A stretch of 64,000 nucleotides of DNA from the human T2T-CHM13v2.0 reference genome, Homo sapiens: assembly GCF_009914755.1 (NCBI RefSeq), contig NC_060926.1; one strand, written 5' to 3'. A model generated the notes under the pieces. That model was not told the DNA's origin and made no database searches. It saw only the letters and a list, made by a program, of their open reading frames with translations. Shown here piece after piece: positions 26,823-41,029 of the stretch. The position numbers and the translations under genes are program-made. Numbering within the stretch: position 1 is the first letter of the stretch; the number at the start of each line of letters is the position of its first letter.

Positions 26823-27035
26823 ATATTAAGCAGTTATACTTGGTAGCTTGGCACTGGTTATCAAATAATGCACTATGATATGCTGAAGACAGAGGAAAAA
26901 ATATCTACTGAGGACAGGATAAGAGCCTGCCTTCTTTTCTCTTAGATCAGTGGTAATTTTGCAGTTAAAGAAGATGTTAAAATATTGTTTTTAGAATAAT
27001 GAGTCTAGGAAACACAAGATAGCATATCTTTCTTT

Positions 27036-27294
27036 CTTTTTTTTTTTTTTTTTGAGACGGAGTCTCACTCTATCGTCAGGCTGGAGTGCAGTGGCACAGT
27101 CTTGGCTCACTGCAACCTCTGACTCCGGGTTCAAGCGATTCTCCTGCCTCAGCCTCCTGAGTAGCTGGGATTAACAAACGCGCGCCACCAAGCCCAGCTA
27201 ATGTTTGTATTTTTAGTACATATGGGGTTTCTCCATGTTGGCCAGAATGGTCTAGCTCTCTCTACCTTGTGATCTACCCCCCTTGGCCTCCCAA
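27036..27294 (-). mobile_element. AluS (Sc-like), slightly 5'-truncated
   Basis: Poly-T plus antisense Alu; TSD catatctttctt on both sides. Confidence 0.9.
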
Positions 27295-27426
27295 GCCATA
27301 TCTTTCTTACAGTGTATAACTTCTGTTTTCTGTACCTAAACTTCTTGTTAGCATGAAACGTGTTATATGATTGTCTACATTTATTATTCCAGACAATATG
27401 CATATTTCATTTAAAATTAGTTTTTT

Positions 27427-27607
27427 GGCAAGTGTAGTGGCTCACACCTGTAATCCCAGCATTTTTGGAGGCCAAGGTGGGAGGATCATTTGAGCCTAGG
27501 AGATAGAGGCTGCAGTGGACCATATTCACACCACTTCATTCTAGCCTGGGCCACAGAGTGAGACACTGTCTCATAAGTAAATACATAAATACATACATAC
27601 ATAGATA
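27427..27607 (+). mobile_element. Alu monomer (FRAM-like)
   Basis: Single arm with (TACA/TAAA)n tail; TSD aaa(a/g)ttagttttt. Confidence 0.8.
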
Positions 27608-28241
27608 AAGTTAGTTTTTCTTTTGGAAGGTAGGTGATAAGAAGTGGAGAGAAATAAGGAAGGAAGCTGCATTATTAATCTTCTTATATTAAGCTCTAAG
27701 GAATATCCACATTTTTATTCAATCATCATAAATAAATATAAAAGCACAAATAAGTGTTCTAACATACTTTAATATTGGATCTATTGTTTCAAATTCTACT
27801 TGAAAATATATAAAAATAGAAAAAAAGAAACCTATTTGATTTTATCAAATACTTTGTAATTCACATGAGTCCTGGTTAGATAACTTGCCTAGTGGATAAT
27901 GCTAATATTTGACTTGAATATATCATGAATTTTGCTCCCATAAAGGTAAGTATGTATATGATTTCTATTAAAAATATTTCAGCTCCCTTCCCATACACTT
28001 GTTATAATCCTATTCAGCAGAGAGATAATGGAAATTAATTTAAATATCAGTTATTTAGTTATCCCCCATTGTGAAAATGTGTGATAGAGAAACTTGGAGA
28101 TAACTTCAAAAAGGCAATATCTTGAAAAGAAAGACTTCAAATGCTGAAATGCCAAGTACAATTTTTTTGCCACACGGTAGGTTATTATTAAATTTGTCTT
28201 TATTAAGCAACAACAACAAAAAGTAAAAAATATGTAGCTAT

Positions 28242-28600
28242 TGATATGGTTTGACAATGCATCCCCACCCACATCTCACCTCAAGTTGTAATAATCCCCA
28301 CATGTCATCGGAGGGACCAGGTAGGAGGTAACTGAATCATGGGGTTGGGTTTTTCCCATGCTATTCTCATGACTGTTAATAAGTCTCACGAGATCTGATG
28401 GTTTTATAATGGGGAGTTCCCCTGCACACGCTCTCTTGCCTGCCACCATTTAAGATGTGACTTTGCTCCTCTTTCACCTCCCGCCATGATTGTAAGGCCT
28501 CCCCAGTTATGTGGAACTGTGAGTCGATTAAACTCTTTCCTTTATTAACTACTCAGTCTTAGGTATGTCTTTATTAGCAGCGTGAGGACAGATTAATACA
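28242..28600 (+). mobile_element. THE1 (B/C-like) solo LTR
   Basis: tgatatggtttg...attaataca; 5-bp TSD gctat. Confidence 0.92.
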
Positions 28601-29368
28601 GCTATGTACTTCATGTAATGGTACATTCCCAACCCTCCCATTCAACTAGCAGGTTACAAATAGGTGGTATACCAGTACCCTTCCCATAGAAGTTCCACCA
28701 ATTCAACCAATCCTCTTTGATTTCTGGAAATGTCTGATGAATAAAGTACTGACCTATGCATGGTCTGGAATGAACCTTAATCTGAGATGAAATTCTGAAA
28801 TGACCCAGGCACCTATAAAGGTAAATGTATTTACATTGCAACCAACTTAAAGTAATAGTCTGGGCTGTTGGGGGCCACAGCACCATATTGAGATGTAGTA
28901 GATCTGTTGTACTTACTTCTTTGAAGATTTATGATTTTTCCTTTTTGTAGAATATTGCTTATAATTGTCCCATGAAATTTTGCCAAAGTCTTTAAACTTC
29001 TAAGAAAAATCAGTATTTTCAGAGCTAAGTGTTTTTTATTATATGTGGGGAAGCATGGTCAAACTAAAATTTCAACATCCTTCATGGTAGGTATACAAAT
29101 TACACTTGATTCAAATGCTCAGGTATAAAATTTTAGCCCATGTCAATGAATGATGACTAGATTGTTCTCATCAGCATCTGACTCAATGTTTCCCTCTTAA
29201 AATAATTATTTGTGTTACATGCCTTTCACTAGGCAGAAATCAAATACATGGATGATATTATATGCCTAGACATGTAATTTTAAAAAATCAAAATATTTCA
29301 CTTATGATAAAACAAAAAAGAAAAGTAGTTTACAAGAAAACAATAGATATCTTAATATGTAATTTTTA

Positions 29369-29661
29369 TTTTTATTTTTTGAGATGGAATCTCACTCTGT
29401 CACCCAGGCTGGAGTGCAGTGGCACTATCTCAGCTCACTGTAACCTTCACCTCCCAGATTGAAGCGATTCTCCAGCCTCAGCCTCCTGAACAGCTGGGAC
29501 TACAGGCACGTGCCACCATGCCCGGCTAATTTTTTGTATTTTTAGTAAAGACGGGGTTTCACCACGTTAGCCAGGATGGTCTCCATCTCCTGACCTCGTG
29601 ATCTTCCCGCCTCAGCCTCCCAAAGTGCTGAGATTATAGGTGTGAGCCACTGTGCCCGGTC
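29369..29661 (-). mobile_element. AluS (Sc8-like)
   Basis: Full antisense dimer; TSD tcttaatatgtaa on both sides. Confidence 0.92.
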
Positions 29662-29687
29662 TCTTAATATGTAAATTTTTAAGTGCC

Positions 29688-30049
29688 TGTATTAGTCCAT
29701 TTCCATGCTGCTGATAAAGACATACCCAAGACTGAGCAATTAATAAAAGAAAGAGGTTTATTGGACTTACAGTTCCACATGGATGGGGAGGTCTCACAAT
29801 CACGGTGGAAGGCAAGGAGGAGTAAGTCATATCTTATATGGATGGCAGCAGGCAAAGAGAGAGCTTGTGCAGGGAAACTCCCATTTTTAAAAGCATCAGA
29901 TCTCCTGAGACCCATTCACTATCATGAGAACAGCATGGGAAAGACCTGCCTCCATGATTCAATAATCTCCAGGTCTCTCCTACAATACGTGGGAATTATG
30001 AGAACTACATTGTGAGATTTGGGTGGGGCCACAGACCCAAACCATATCA
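29688..30049 (-). mobile_element. THE1B-like solo LTR
   Basis: tgtattagtcc...aaccatatca; 5-bp TSD gtgcc. Confidence 0.92.
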
Positions 30050-30994
30050 GTGCCTCTGTGTAGAAGTAGAAGCAATGTTCTGGCCCAGCTATCTAAAGTT
30101 ACGATTAATGCAATCACTGTGGCTGCCAACTGATAGAAGCTGGCACTGACCATTCCTATGATATAAACAACATTGTCATAAGTAGCTAGGTTTTCTAAAA
30201 CCATGATAAGCACTTTGACAACTTCTGAACAAAACAAGGTAGACCCTTTCCTTGATTTACAAGTTAATTTTATTCCTAAAAAATTCAGTGCATCTTAGCA
30301 CTGTGAAGAAAAACCTCAGTGTGTATAAAATAATGTTCTAGACTCAGATTATAAACAAATCTTTCATCCACTTGAGTGTCTAGCTGCATAATAAATATAC
30401 TGCTGTATAAAACACAGACAGGTTTTTACTGTGAAAGACCATCTTCCCCAGGACAGTTCTTATAAACTTCTGCATCCCTTTTGACTACAGGCTCCCAATC
30501 ATTGTATCAACAAAATATTTTCCTTTGAATTTCTAAAATGCCTTCTAGAGCAAAGTCACAAGCCATTTTAAACCAGGGACTAGGTCCAGACCTCAGGTAG
30601 GTATTTGAAGCAGGCTCTACCCAACATATCTGTGCTATGGAACTGCAAGTCATAATTTTCATAAACTACAAACTATAATTTATAATTTTCTCTTTTTTAA
30701 AAAATATAACTCCTGTATACTGTGAGTCAACAAAGTGTCTTGGGAGCAATGTGTCCCAGGTGTTTGGAGGAGAAAGAGGTATCTCAGGCCTCTGGGTATC
30801 TTAGGCCTCTGGATAGCTTCTTTCATTATCCTAGTCTTTATTTCCTTCAACTTTAAGTTCTAACAACAATGACTGGTTTGATTAGACTCTTTTATTTCTA
30901 CAGCTGGGGAAGAAGTGCTCATCAACTGAAAGCTGGTCTGGACAATTTCTGACTGTTCTAGAATGAGGTGGAGAATGGTGTCATCAGATAGAAA

Positions 30995-31494
<500 letters not shown>

Positions 31495-32025
31495 TGATTA
31501 GTCATTTCCTCTGTTTATGATGCTGTGTCTGCTCAGCTCCATTCAGTGGAAAACAACAGTTGTACCTAGGGACTCATGGTACGTAAGGGGTCAGAAGGAA
31601 AAGTCTAGGCAACCACTCTTCACTCCAGACCTTTGAGTAAGACATCCCAAGAGAGACGGTGAAAAGAAACATGGCTCCTTTGCCCCCCAAAATAAAATTA
31701 GGCTGGTGATGCTTGATTTCTCTGGATTTATTTCTGTAAGTATCTCTCTTATGTGTTGCAATGAAACTTGTAATGTCCCCATATAGGCATTAATTAAACC
31801 ATACTATAATTGCCTCTTTTTTCCAATAAGACTGAACTATGTAGGATATGATTTTGTTTTGCCTTGTCCACAATACCTAGCACAATTCTTGACTTGTGAC
31901 AGGAACTGTATCTATCCTGATATATACATTTATATCTACAGATATTACATATATATTCTAAATTAATATAGATGTATATCCTAAATTGACATATATAAAT
32001 AATATATATATTTCCTAAATTAGAA

Positions 32026-32646
32026 TTTTTTTACTTTTTATTGACACATTGTAATTACATATTTATGGGGCACAATTTGATATTTTGATACACATATATG
32101 TTGTAAAATATTAAAATCAGGGTATTTAGCATGTTCATCACCTCATGCTATCATCCTTTCTTTGTGGTGAGAACATTCAAAAGCCTCTCTTCTAGCTATT
32201 TTGAAATACACAGTACCTTACTGTTAAGCATTGTCACCCTACTGTGCAATAGAACACAATAACTTATTCTTCCTATCTTATTGTGACTTTGTACTTGTTG
32301 ATCAATCTCTCTCCATTTTCCCTTCCCTCCTCTTACCCAGTCTCTGATAAGCACTGTTTTATTCTCTGCTTCTATGATATTAACGTTCCCCCCTCTTTTT
32401 TTTTAAGATTTCACATATGAATGATACCATGTGGTATTTGTTTTTCTGTGCCTGGCTTATTTCACTTAACATTATATTCTCCAGATTCATCCATGTTGTT
32501 GCAAGTGACAGGATTTAATTCTTTTTTATAGCTGAATAATATTCCATTGTGTATCTAGACCACCTTTTATTTACCCGTGACTCATTGTTGGACACTTAGG
32601 TCGATTCTATACTTTGGCATTTGTGAATACCACTGCAGTAAACATG
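32026..32646 (-). mobile_element. L1MA (MA4/5-like) 3' end
   Basis: 'tttgtggtgagaacattcaaaa...tctagctattttgaaatac', 'cctggcttatttcacttaac'. Confidence 0.85.
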
Positions 32647-33156
32647 TAATAAACATTTTTAAATGATTCTGTAACCCACCTCATTAGTTGGTGATAAGTT
32701 TTCTTTTCAAATTTCCCTGAAAAGTTTTATTTTGTATATGACAAAAATCAATCCATAAAGTAAAAAACAAAACAAAACAAACAAAAACTCTTAAATTATA
32801 ATTTCATGTATGCTTAATATAAATTCCAGAAAATGTTTCTGAAAGCCATCTACCAAGTAATAATCAACCCAACAACAAAGTTTAAAAAAATTCACTGAAT
32901 TCTATTGAGTGTCTCTGGGTTTCTATTTAATGTAACTCAAAAACTGTTAGTTTAAAAAGAAAAGTCTGCAGTTAGAAGAGGCAAAAAGTACATTAAAAGC
33001 TGTCTCTAATTATTACCTAAGTAGATAAAACTGAGCTCCTTCTGTGATCAAATATAAACTAGGAAAGGTAAAATTAGTTGTGTTACCCTACCCAGGATTA
33101 CACAACCATAAAACAAACAACCAATTAACCAATTTATCATACATCAAATCAATTAC

Positions 33157-33182
33157 CTGTGGGAGAGAATGATTAAGTGTTT
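33157..33182 (-). CDS. Candidate 26-nt microexon (KHLIILSH)
   Basis: attttacatttttcttgtag| ... CAG|gtaatt; both splice sites good. Confidence 0.33.
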
Positions 33183-33249
33183 CTACAAGAAAAATGTAAA
33201 ATCATGAAATTATTGACTATTAGCTCTTGGCAAGAATTTATAATCATCA

Positions 33250-33634
<385 letters not shown>

Positions 33635-33983
33635 TTATTTTTTCTTTTTTAATTAAATGTTCCTGTTACTGAATGATTGTTTGGTTGACTAAAAATGCTC
33701 CAATTTTCAAATTTATTTTCTTATTTTTGTATTATTACTCAAAGGTATATTGAACTGCCAAATAGATGGGTTTTAATCCCTCTTCTATACTCCTGTATCA
33801 CCTGGGACATATGTCTGCTAAAGTCCTGAAGACACTTAATAATTTTTGGTTTACTTGCGTGTTTATCCACACAAGCTTTTTGAGCAAAGCTGTGTTTTCT
33901 ACATCTCTGTATTCTTAGCATCTAGGTAATCTGGCCATCTATGTGCTCAATAAAAATTGAAATTGAAAATAAAATAAAATAGA

Positions 33984-34432
33984 TGTTAAACACAATTATA
34001 GGAGGCCATTGTCTTGGACTGAGCTCTTGCACTGCGATCTTGCACCAGACCCCATCAGACCAGATCAAACCAAAATGGAGTCACTCATGCTAAATGTCAC
34101 ATAAGCAAACTGCAACTTTTAGGAAGCAAATAGATCCCAAACAGCACAGTTTTTCCTGAGAACAGCAGATTCCAGTCTACATGACTCAGCATCATAAGGA
34201 AGATCCCTCTGTTTTAACCCTTACCAAAAACTAACTCAAGTAACCTAGTGTTAACCAATCAACTATTTTCCTTTGTTCTGTTTCTTTCTCACCTTACAAA
34301 ATCCACTCTTCTGTGATTTCCCAGTGAGAGTTCACATTCTGTTTTGTAGGATGTAGCTGTCTTGATTCATAAATTGCAAATAAAATCCAATTCGATCCAT
34401 AACTAAATTTGTTATAATTTTATCTTTTAATA
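33984..34432 (+). mobile_element. MER31-like (ERV1) solo LTR
   Basis: 'ataggaggccattgtcttggactgagctc...caaaatggagtcactcatgctaa'; AATAAA near the 3' end. Confidence 0.72.
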
Positions 34433-35122
34433 TGAGGTTAGCACACATAATTCACTATAATTCCAAATTAAAACAAACATAATTACCATTTTAGTAAATT
34501 TAGGCATATATATATATATATATACACACACACAAACGTACACATGATTCCACTAGACTAATAGTCCTTAAATTATGCTGTGTATGAGGATTACCCATGG
34601 AGTTGAATAAACATATAAATTTCTAGTACTTGCTAAGGTATTCTGACTTAGTAAGACCAAAGTACAGCCAAAAAAGTTGAATTTTTTAAGGAAACATCTT
34701 AAGTTATCAATATATTAACCATGTTTAGGAAATACCACAGTAGACTTCTTAATATGTTGAAGTAGCTCATAGACGCACAGTGTTACTTTCACGAGAGCGT
34801 ACCCCAATTGGGAGCCACTAATCTAAGCCAACCCAGAGATAAAGCAACCAGAATGAAAAGAGTTCCTAAAAAGTAAGAGGCAGAGTCCAATTTTAAAATC
34901 TGGTAGCAACACTTGAGTTCCTAGAGGATAAACCCAAAGATGCATACAATGAGTAATTCAACTTTAAGCCTCCCATTTTAAGATTATGAGAAGATCCTTA
35001 TTTATACAAAGAATAAATGTCTTAGGTTAGATGGAAGAATGTCGTTGCTGTGTAGAAGATGAAATATGTGTGGAAGAATGCATGTAGTCATTGAAAAGCA
35101 AATAAATGCACTGTGGTAGATA

Positions 35123-36050
35123 TAGGTCCAAAACTGCCTTTCCTACACCTCTGGGGCCTGATGAACTTCAGAATTCAGAGTGTTTCAGATTTTAAAAAGG
35201 TACTATAATGCAAATACCTTTAGAAGAAAATGAACGTGGAACTGGCCTACAGTTTATTCCCTCTATCATTAAGGATGGAGGATTTGGGGAAATCATCAAG
35301 ACAAAAAACTGTCAAATCTTCTTGTAAACATATGAATTATGAATGTCTTTGGTAACACGCTAATGGCATTTGTTTGTGTTAGAATAATCATTTATGCAAT
35401 ACTTTCACTATGATGAACCTGGTTGTCTACGATTGATTATGGTACATAAATCTAGAATATATAGATTTATTGGTAAAGTTCCCTGGACGATATCACATAA
35501 GCGATTTAGCTTATTTTACATTAGACATGTTTTATAATTTAAATGTATAACTGCACACATGTTTAAAGGATATGACAACCTAGGTCCAGAATATATAAAA
35601 TGGTAAGAAAAGAAGTAAGTAGCTACATTGGAGCTCCCAGACAACTCTCTGATTTTCCTTTGCCTTGCATTCCTTCTATTATTGAAGTTATTAGTAAAGA
35701 TTGGTGTCAGGTAAGATGATATTGGTTAAGATTTCCAGTGCATGTAAGTCTGATTTGACAATCTGATATTTGACATTCTGATACTTGGTGTAATTTCTAC
35801 TGTATAGTTCATAACACCCTCAGAGGGTCAGGTCACCTTGTATTCAAATAACTTGATATTTATGCAGAGAATCATATAAATATTCACATGTAGTAGGATA
35901 AATGAAGATAAAACACAGCCTCACAATCAGCTCAGAAAGATTTTAATATCAAATTAGTGCATATCAGTGCAATTTACAAAGTAAGTTATTTTTAAAAAAT
36001 CTTTTAGATTCAGAGTTGTTTTCTTTAACATTTTGGGGCAAGGGGTAAAA
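35123..36050 (+). mobile_element. MER46C (Tigger-type) in two pieces, ~35123-35220 and ~35803-36050
   Basis: Left piece 'ggggcctgatgaacttcagaattcagagtgtttcagattttaaaaagg'; right piece 'ataacaccc...aatattcacatgtagtaggataaat...agcctcaca'; collinear in remembered consensus. Confidence 0.7.
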
Positions 36051-36079
36051 GTTTAAGGAACACTACTTGGCCTAGCTCT

Positions 36080-36499
36080 CTCAATCTCTCTATTACACTT
36101 TCCTTTTACTTTGCCCATATTCCCTTCTAGCTAACAGTTGTATGCAAACTTTCGAGTCAGAAGCAAAGCAGTGGCCTTATTCCTGTTGGTGACTGCAGCA
36201 AAGCAATGTCAGACAGAAGAGAGGGTTGGCATGCTTACACTCTGCATGCCAATGCAAGACATCAGCTCTAGGGGTTTGAAAGCCTGTGGCAGTGATATCT
36301 AAGCCAGCAGCAGTAGAGCTTCCTGACCTCTACATCACAGCTATGGCAGTATGACCTTGAAATTAGTAGTCCGGTTGTAACTCCCCTGATTCCAACTCCT
36401 CCAGCTCCTCTGATTTTTGAAACCCTTAATCAGTAAATCTCTCCCTGCTTGAATTCCAAGAGTGCTTTCTGTTTCCTGGTCTGAATCATGACTGATACA
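36080..36499 (+). mobile_element. ERVL LTR (LTR33/LTR41-like)
   Basis: 3' end 'agagtgctttctgtttcctggtctgaatcatgactgataca'; 5' boundary uncertain. Confidence 0.6.
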
Positions 36500-37417
36500 G
36501 CATTTGGTAGCAGTGATTTGAGAAATGCAGCTTTTCAAAACATTATATCCTGAGCATATGTATTTTATGACAATTTGTGATGCAGTTTGTTTGAATCTTA
36601 AGCGTAAATAGAGGTACCACTCTCCACCCAAGGAAAGCTATTGGCAGCATAAGTAGGTACAAATGTCTTTCTTTTCCTTACAATTCATTATCTTTTAACT
36701 TACTTTCATATGTGGATCATGCTGTGGGAAACAAATACGATCATTATCAGTAACAAATAAAATCTTCTTTATGAAAGAGATTTTTTTCCTATGCCTGGCA
36801 ATTTTTTCTTATTATATGCTCTTCTGCTTATATAGTTGCATTTCCTTGGATAGCTTTAAGGTTACTATAAACAGATATCTCACTGATAATGACAATGGCA
36901 GCCTTGAAATTCCAAGCCATTTCTAGCAATTCATCTTGAAGCAGCATTTTAGTTCTCTTTTCGTTGATTATCTTCATGTTATACTATTAGGTCCAGGGGC
37001 TTAGTCATTTTTTTATTACTTTGACTAGAAAATAGACACTTAGATATTTGTAAAAAGTTCTATATTGTTGAATTATGGCAAGTACACTATCCACCCAAGC
37101 AATGCAAATTACAACCATGTGCACTGTTTCTTATTTTTGCAATGTTATAGGAGAGCTGACTTATTTTTCACCTACTAATGAATGGTACCCTCAAGGATCT
37201 GGAAACAGTTAACATATTTTTTTTAATTTTAAAATACAAAACTTGAGGAAATAATAGGTACATGGTAGAGTGTTACATTTGTTAAAATTGAAGAACGGGT
37301 ATAACCTAGTATAGTGGCTGTTTTCAAACTCCCTACTACCCTCCTACTCCTGGTAGAACTAGTCTTCTGGAAACATCTTGGAGAAAAAGACATAGTATAA
37401 GAATCTGAGAGACTTAC

Positions 37418-37442
37418 AGTAAAGGTAAGTATATTCTTAAAA
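37418..37442 (-). CDS. Candidate 25-nt microexon (FKNILTFT)
   Basis: atttggtgttatttcag| ... ACT|gtaagt. Confidence 0.27.
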
Positions 37443-38143
37443 CTGAAATAACACCAAATATATTCATTTGTGTTTTAATTAATGTTCCATTTTCATTTTG
37501 GAATTCTTTTAGGTCATGTCTTTTTTATTGGTTGGGAGAACAAGAGTTCAGAAAATGTTAGTATTGTAAGATATTTTAACAGTTGCCATTTAATTGATAT
37601 AGGAGAGTAATTACTTTTCCTCCCATAAAACATTAATGTAAAAATGAAAAAGGAAAAAGTATATATCTCAGAGAAATTAAGAACATGGGTTTTTAAAACA
37701 TTTTTCCTTGAATCTTAATGTTAACTCTAAAGCTATCTTGAACATTTCAATAGTAATTTTCTCTTAAAATAAAAACATCAAGAAACTAATATCTAATTCA
37801 AGTAAAAAGACAGTTAATCAAAACTCAGAACAGGGTTGCTGTACTGACAAGCTACAGAGAGCTTTCAGATCTCAAGGTATCCCAGTAAAAATCACATTCC
37901 CATTTGATTTTTATATTTTTGGTTTGGCACACATAAAGGGAGTTTATGTCCATTGTACATGATCTACGTAGTTCATTCAAAAAGTTCTAGCAAAATAGAA
38001 GTATAAATTACCATTTGCCTTATCAATATAATAAAATAAAATTGTTATTGGATTACAGATTGTTTATAGCTGGCTATTTTATATTGTTTATAATATTTCA
38101 TGGGCTAAAAATGATTAAGTGATGACTACATTCCATTTATTTT

Positions 38144-38491
38144 ATTTTATTTTATTTTTATTTTTATTTTTTACCCAAGACTCAACAAAATAGTTCTTGG
38201 TTAAGCTTTTGGATTTTTGCCAATTGTATTGGTAAAAGATGGTATCTTGGTATAGTTTTAGTTTGCATTTTTAAAATTATAAGTGATGTCAACCATCTTT
38301 TTAAAATATTTTTAATGGCATTAGCATTTATTTTTATTTATATATATTTTTATTATACTTTAAGTTCTAGGGTACATGTGCACAACGTGCAGTTTTGCTA
38401 TATATGTATACATGTGCCATGTTGGTGTGCTGCACCCATTAACTCATCATTTACATTAGGTATATATCCTAATGCTATCCCTGCCCCCTTC
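38144..38491 (-). mobile_element. Short L1PA (PA4/5-like) 3' end with 3'-transduced segment
   Basis: L1 3' UTR at ~38345-38491; extra ~150 bp at 38173-38325; second T-rich tail; 18-bp TSD ctacattccatttatttt at 38126-38143 and 38492-38509. Confidence 0.88.
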
Positions 38492-38979
38492 CTACATTCC
38501 ATTTATTTTGGGAGAAAGATTTACAATATTATTAGAGTTTTTTTTTTTTTAACCCCTGCCTTTTTTTTTTAACTATTATTTGCTAGGCTGACATAAACAA
38601 TTTTATACAAAGTTTACTCTCTTATATAATATTATACAGGGATTATGCATTGGCTTTAAACACTGAATTTGTGCAGAATTTTAGGGACCAACTTAATGTG
38701 ATAAGCTTTCTTGAGGGGATTGACTTTGCATAATATGGTTCTTTTTTGGTCTTGCACCATTTTGTAAATTGTGGGTTCAGAAACAGGTCCAAATTAAAAG
38801 TGAAGCCTAGTAGTATATTTTAATGAGTGTGTGGACTGAATGTTATCAACTTAGGATGCAGACATTTTAGTTAGGGAGTAGTTCTATTTTACTTGATCTC
38901 TTGGCTGATAATTTCATTTTATTCAAGGACAATCTTAGGACACTATAAACAATATATAGTAGTAAATGTATGCTCCTTA

Positions 38980-39233
38980 ATCCCTCCAATCCCTGATACT
39001 CATTATTCCTTGTCCTTGTTTGTTTTATACAGGGTGCATATGATCATCTGGCACAGTATTTTTAAATATAGTTTCTCATTTATTTTGTTATTTGTTGATT
39101 GTTGAGTGTCCAGTTGACTACAATTAGAATGCAACCTCTATGAGGACAGAGTTTCATTTGTTTTGTTAACTGCTATAACCTCAAAAAGATCTGGCTTTAT
39201 AGAAGGTGCTCAATACATATTTGTTGAATTAAT
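38980..39233 (+). mobile_element. L2 3' end
   Basis: 'tagaatgcaacctctatgaggacaga...aggtgctcaatacatatttgttgaat'. Confidence 0.72.
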
Positions 39234-39332
39234 TGTGTCAACATAAATAAATATAATTTGGGAAAGCACATATTTCAAATCTGTTTTAGAAGTTAATATT
39301 TGTCTTCACTATAATTATATAAAGCTCTGATA

Positions 39333-39549
39333 CAAGGATTGGCAAAGGTTTTCTTTAAAGGATAATGAGTATTTTAGATTTTGTGAGCTACCTGATCTTG
39401 TCAGAATTATTCAACTGCACAATTGTGTGTATATGAAAGCAGCTATGGATGGTATAAATATATCGATGTAGCTATGTACTAATAAAACTTTATTTAAAAA
39501 GAGGTGGCAGACCCAATTTGGCCTATAGGTCATAGTTTGTTGGCCCCTG
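39333..39549 (+). mobile_element. MER58A (hAT-Charlie)
   Basis: 'caaggattggcaaa'...'aataaaactttattta'...'catagtttgttggcccctg'. Confidence 0.8.
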
Positions 39550-40344
39550 GAATAATTAATCAAGTAGCAAGGCAATTGACGTTTTATTTCTCTTTTGGAC
39601 ACCAAAAAGGGAAATTTGTGTGATATCATTACAATCTTCTTTGAATGGTTTGCTCACAGGTTTGAAGCTCTTGATTTTTTTCTAGTGACATGGGAGCCAC
39701 ACATTAATATGCACAGGAAGCAAAAGCAGTCAAACATAATCAAACTATTGCCAGAACACACAGTGTGACAACATTTTTCCTAAACAAAGTTCAAAGTCAC
39801 TCAAAGAATGCAGTTATTTATAAACAACTTGTAAAAACTTTAAACAAAAATGACAGTGTAAACTGCTTTTATTTCTTGGGTGTGGCATGAATAAAAAATT
39901 ACATATGATAAGCATTACATAGCAAAGTTATATTTGTGCTATTTTGAAGTATAGGAAATGCAAAATAAAGGATGTCAGTATGGCTCTTTTAAAATGTTTC
40001 AACCAAAAACAAAACAAAAAGTGAAACATCAAATAAAGCAAAAACTTGACTTTACGTGCCTTTAGACCTTCACATTGAGGCTGTTTGTCCTTTTCTGTCT
40101 TCATTGATCCCACCGTTTAAAAAGCATAATCTACATTCAGAATCTCTATTCCCAACTTTTAATTACCCTTCAACAGATTGCAATCTGATCCATGGAAATC
40201 ACCCTTTCCAAAGTGCTTGAGCAGTATATCTTTCTGAAAGCCAAATCCGACAGTCCTAATTTCATCTTCCTTTGCCTTGCTGGACATCTTTCAACCTCTT
40301 CTTAAGACTCAGTTGTTTCTTTGCATTTTTTTTTTTTTGGTTGT

Positions 40345-40699
40345 ACACATACACCATGGAATACTATGCAGTCATAAAAAGAATAAAATCATGTTCTTTG
40401 CAGCAATATGGATGCAGCTGGAGGCTATTAAGTGAATTAATTTAGAAACAGAAACTCAGAACATATTCTCATAAGTGGGAGCAAAACAAAGGGTTCACAT
40501 GGACATAAAGATGGAAACAATCGACACTGTCAATTCCCAAAGGAGGAAGGGAGGAAGGGGAGCAATGGTTGAAATCTACCTATCAGGTACTATGTTCATT
40601 ATTTGGGTGATGCATTCAACAGAAACCCAAACATCAGCATTATGCAAATAGACCCATGTAGCACACCTGCACATGAACCCCCAGAATCTACTTAAAAAA
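40345..40699 (+). mobile_element. L1PB/L1PA16-like 3' end
   Basis: 'acaccatggaatactatgcagtcataaaaa...ctacctatcaggtactatgttc'. Confidence 0.85.
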
Positions 40700-41029
40700 T
40701 CAAACTCATTGTTGGATGTCATTCCCTTTATTTTATGGCAATAGGAAACTTTGTTGTGCCTTGTTATTCCTCATTAAGCAATGACGCAATGCATTATAAT
40801 TCCTTATCTATTAAATAGAATCGATTGGTAACAAGCTAAACTCCATCATTTCCCTCAGATTACTACTTGTTATTTGTTCCTGTCTCTGTGCCTTCAGATA
40901 TGGTTTACTTAGGATTGCAGTTCTTCACTGACAGATCTGAGGATCACACCAACAGCATTTAACTCTGATTCCTGCCTTCTGCTATGCTGAGCTTCCTCTA
41001 CACAGAAGCAACATTCTTCTCTTCAATCA

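Noticed and set aside
36226-36252. 9-bp hairpin ttggcatgc/gcatgccaa resembling a p53 site
   Set aside because: Half-sites deviate from RRRCWWGYYY and are spaced apart; lies within an old LTR.
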